Sequence record: LT603033.1
Strand: one strand, 5' to 3'
DNA length: 64,000 nt
The notes beneath the pieces are model-generated. The model worked only from the letters and a program-made list of their open reading frames with translations, did no database searches and was not told the origin of the DNA. The first letter of the stretch is position 1; each line of letters begins with the position of its first letter. Shown here in pieces: positions 63,651 to 64,000 of this stretch. Both the position numbers and the translations under genes were made by a program.

Positions 63651-64000
63651 TTATATGACAGAACGCCATCAGTTATTATATGATATCAGTAAAAAAATGC
63701 TATCAATTGTTGGTAGTGCGAAAGAAATTGAAAAACAATATCTCATCCGTGATGTATCAATTTCATCTAAATGTTGGTCAAATGAATATTACGACCACGG
63801 TATTCTTACTATTTCTGGGGCCAGAAATATTTGTATTGTAAAAAATAAAAGTAAAAGTAATGAAGAGTGTGAGATTAGAACCGATATACAAATTAAGGAT
63901 GATGGAAGTTTTTCACATCACCCATTCCATATTAGTACTATTGGTGTTTTATATAATATTAAAGTACTATTCGGTGATGAAGAGTATGTGTTAAAAGCTA
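63637..64000 (+). CDS. hypothetical protein (3' end outside window)
   Basis: AAGGA RBS; open to the window end (MNAYSYMTERHQ...FGDEEYVLKA). Confidence 0.75.
   Translation, partial: MNAYSYMTERHQLLYDISKKMLSIVGSAKEIEKQYLIRDVSISSKCWSNEYYDHGILTISGARNICIVKNKSKSNEECEIRTDIQIKDDGSFSHHPFHISTIGVLYNIKVLFGDEEYVLKA

Noticed and set aside
1-64000. tRNA, rRNA, transposase or homing endonuclease genes
   Set aside because: No cloverleaf with T-loop/CCA, rRNA-like segment, or DDE, HNH, GIY-YIG or LAGLIDADG motif was recognised by eye.

Overview
AT-rich segment of a large lytic dsDNA phage genome. It most resembles the jumbo myophages of enterobacteria (RAK2/GAP32/CBB/PBECO4 type); this is inferred from gene content and layout, not from a database hit. 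No capsid, terminase, polymerase, tRNA or rRNA genes are present. Layout: (1) 1-9.4 kb, minus strand: tandem array of 8 RCC1/BLIP-II-like beta-propeller paralogs with a shared 15-aa N-terminal peptide and a repeated terminator-promoter-RBS cassette. (2) 9.5-14.1 kb: 20 paralogous ~60-aa ORFs (family A). (3) 14.1-16.2 kb: non-coding region with tandem repeats, hairpins and a candidate structured RNA. (4) 16.2-34.1 kb: GC-richer early-type region with dozens of strong sigma70 promoters, conserved 5' leader hairpins and two families of promoter-driven non-coding RNA candidates. It also encodes an H-NS-like protein, a TraR/DksA-family protein and a Ser/Thr-kinase-like protein, and may be a long terminal repeat. 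(5) 34.3-40.9 kb: 30 paralogous ~75-aa ORFs with a GTNYQE motif (family B). (6) 40.9-64 kb: about 40 otherwise divergent proteins sharing an acidic EExxFQxS(L/T)(V/I) motif (family C). The hexamer AGTACT is greatly over-represented, except in an 8.3-kb block (42.1-50.4 kb) where AGTACA replaces it. All counts were made by eye and all homology calls come from motif recognition; none has been confirmed computationally.
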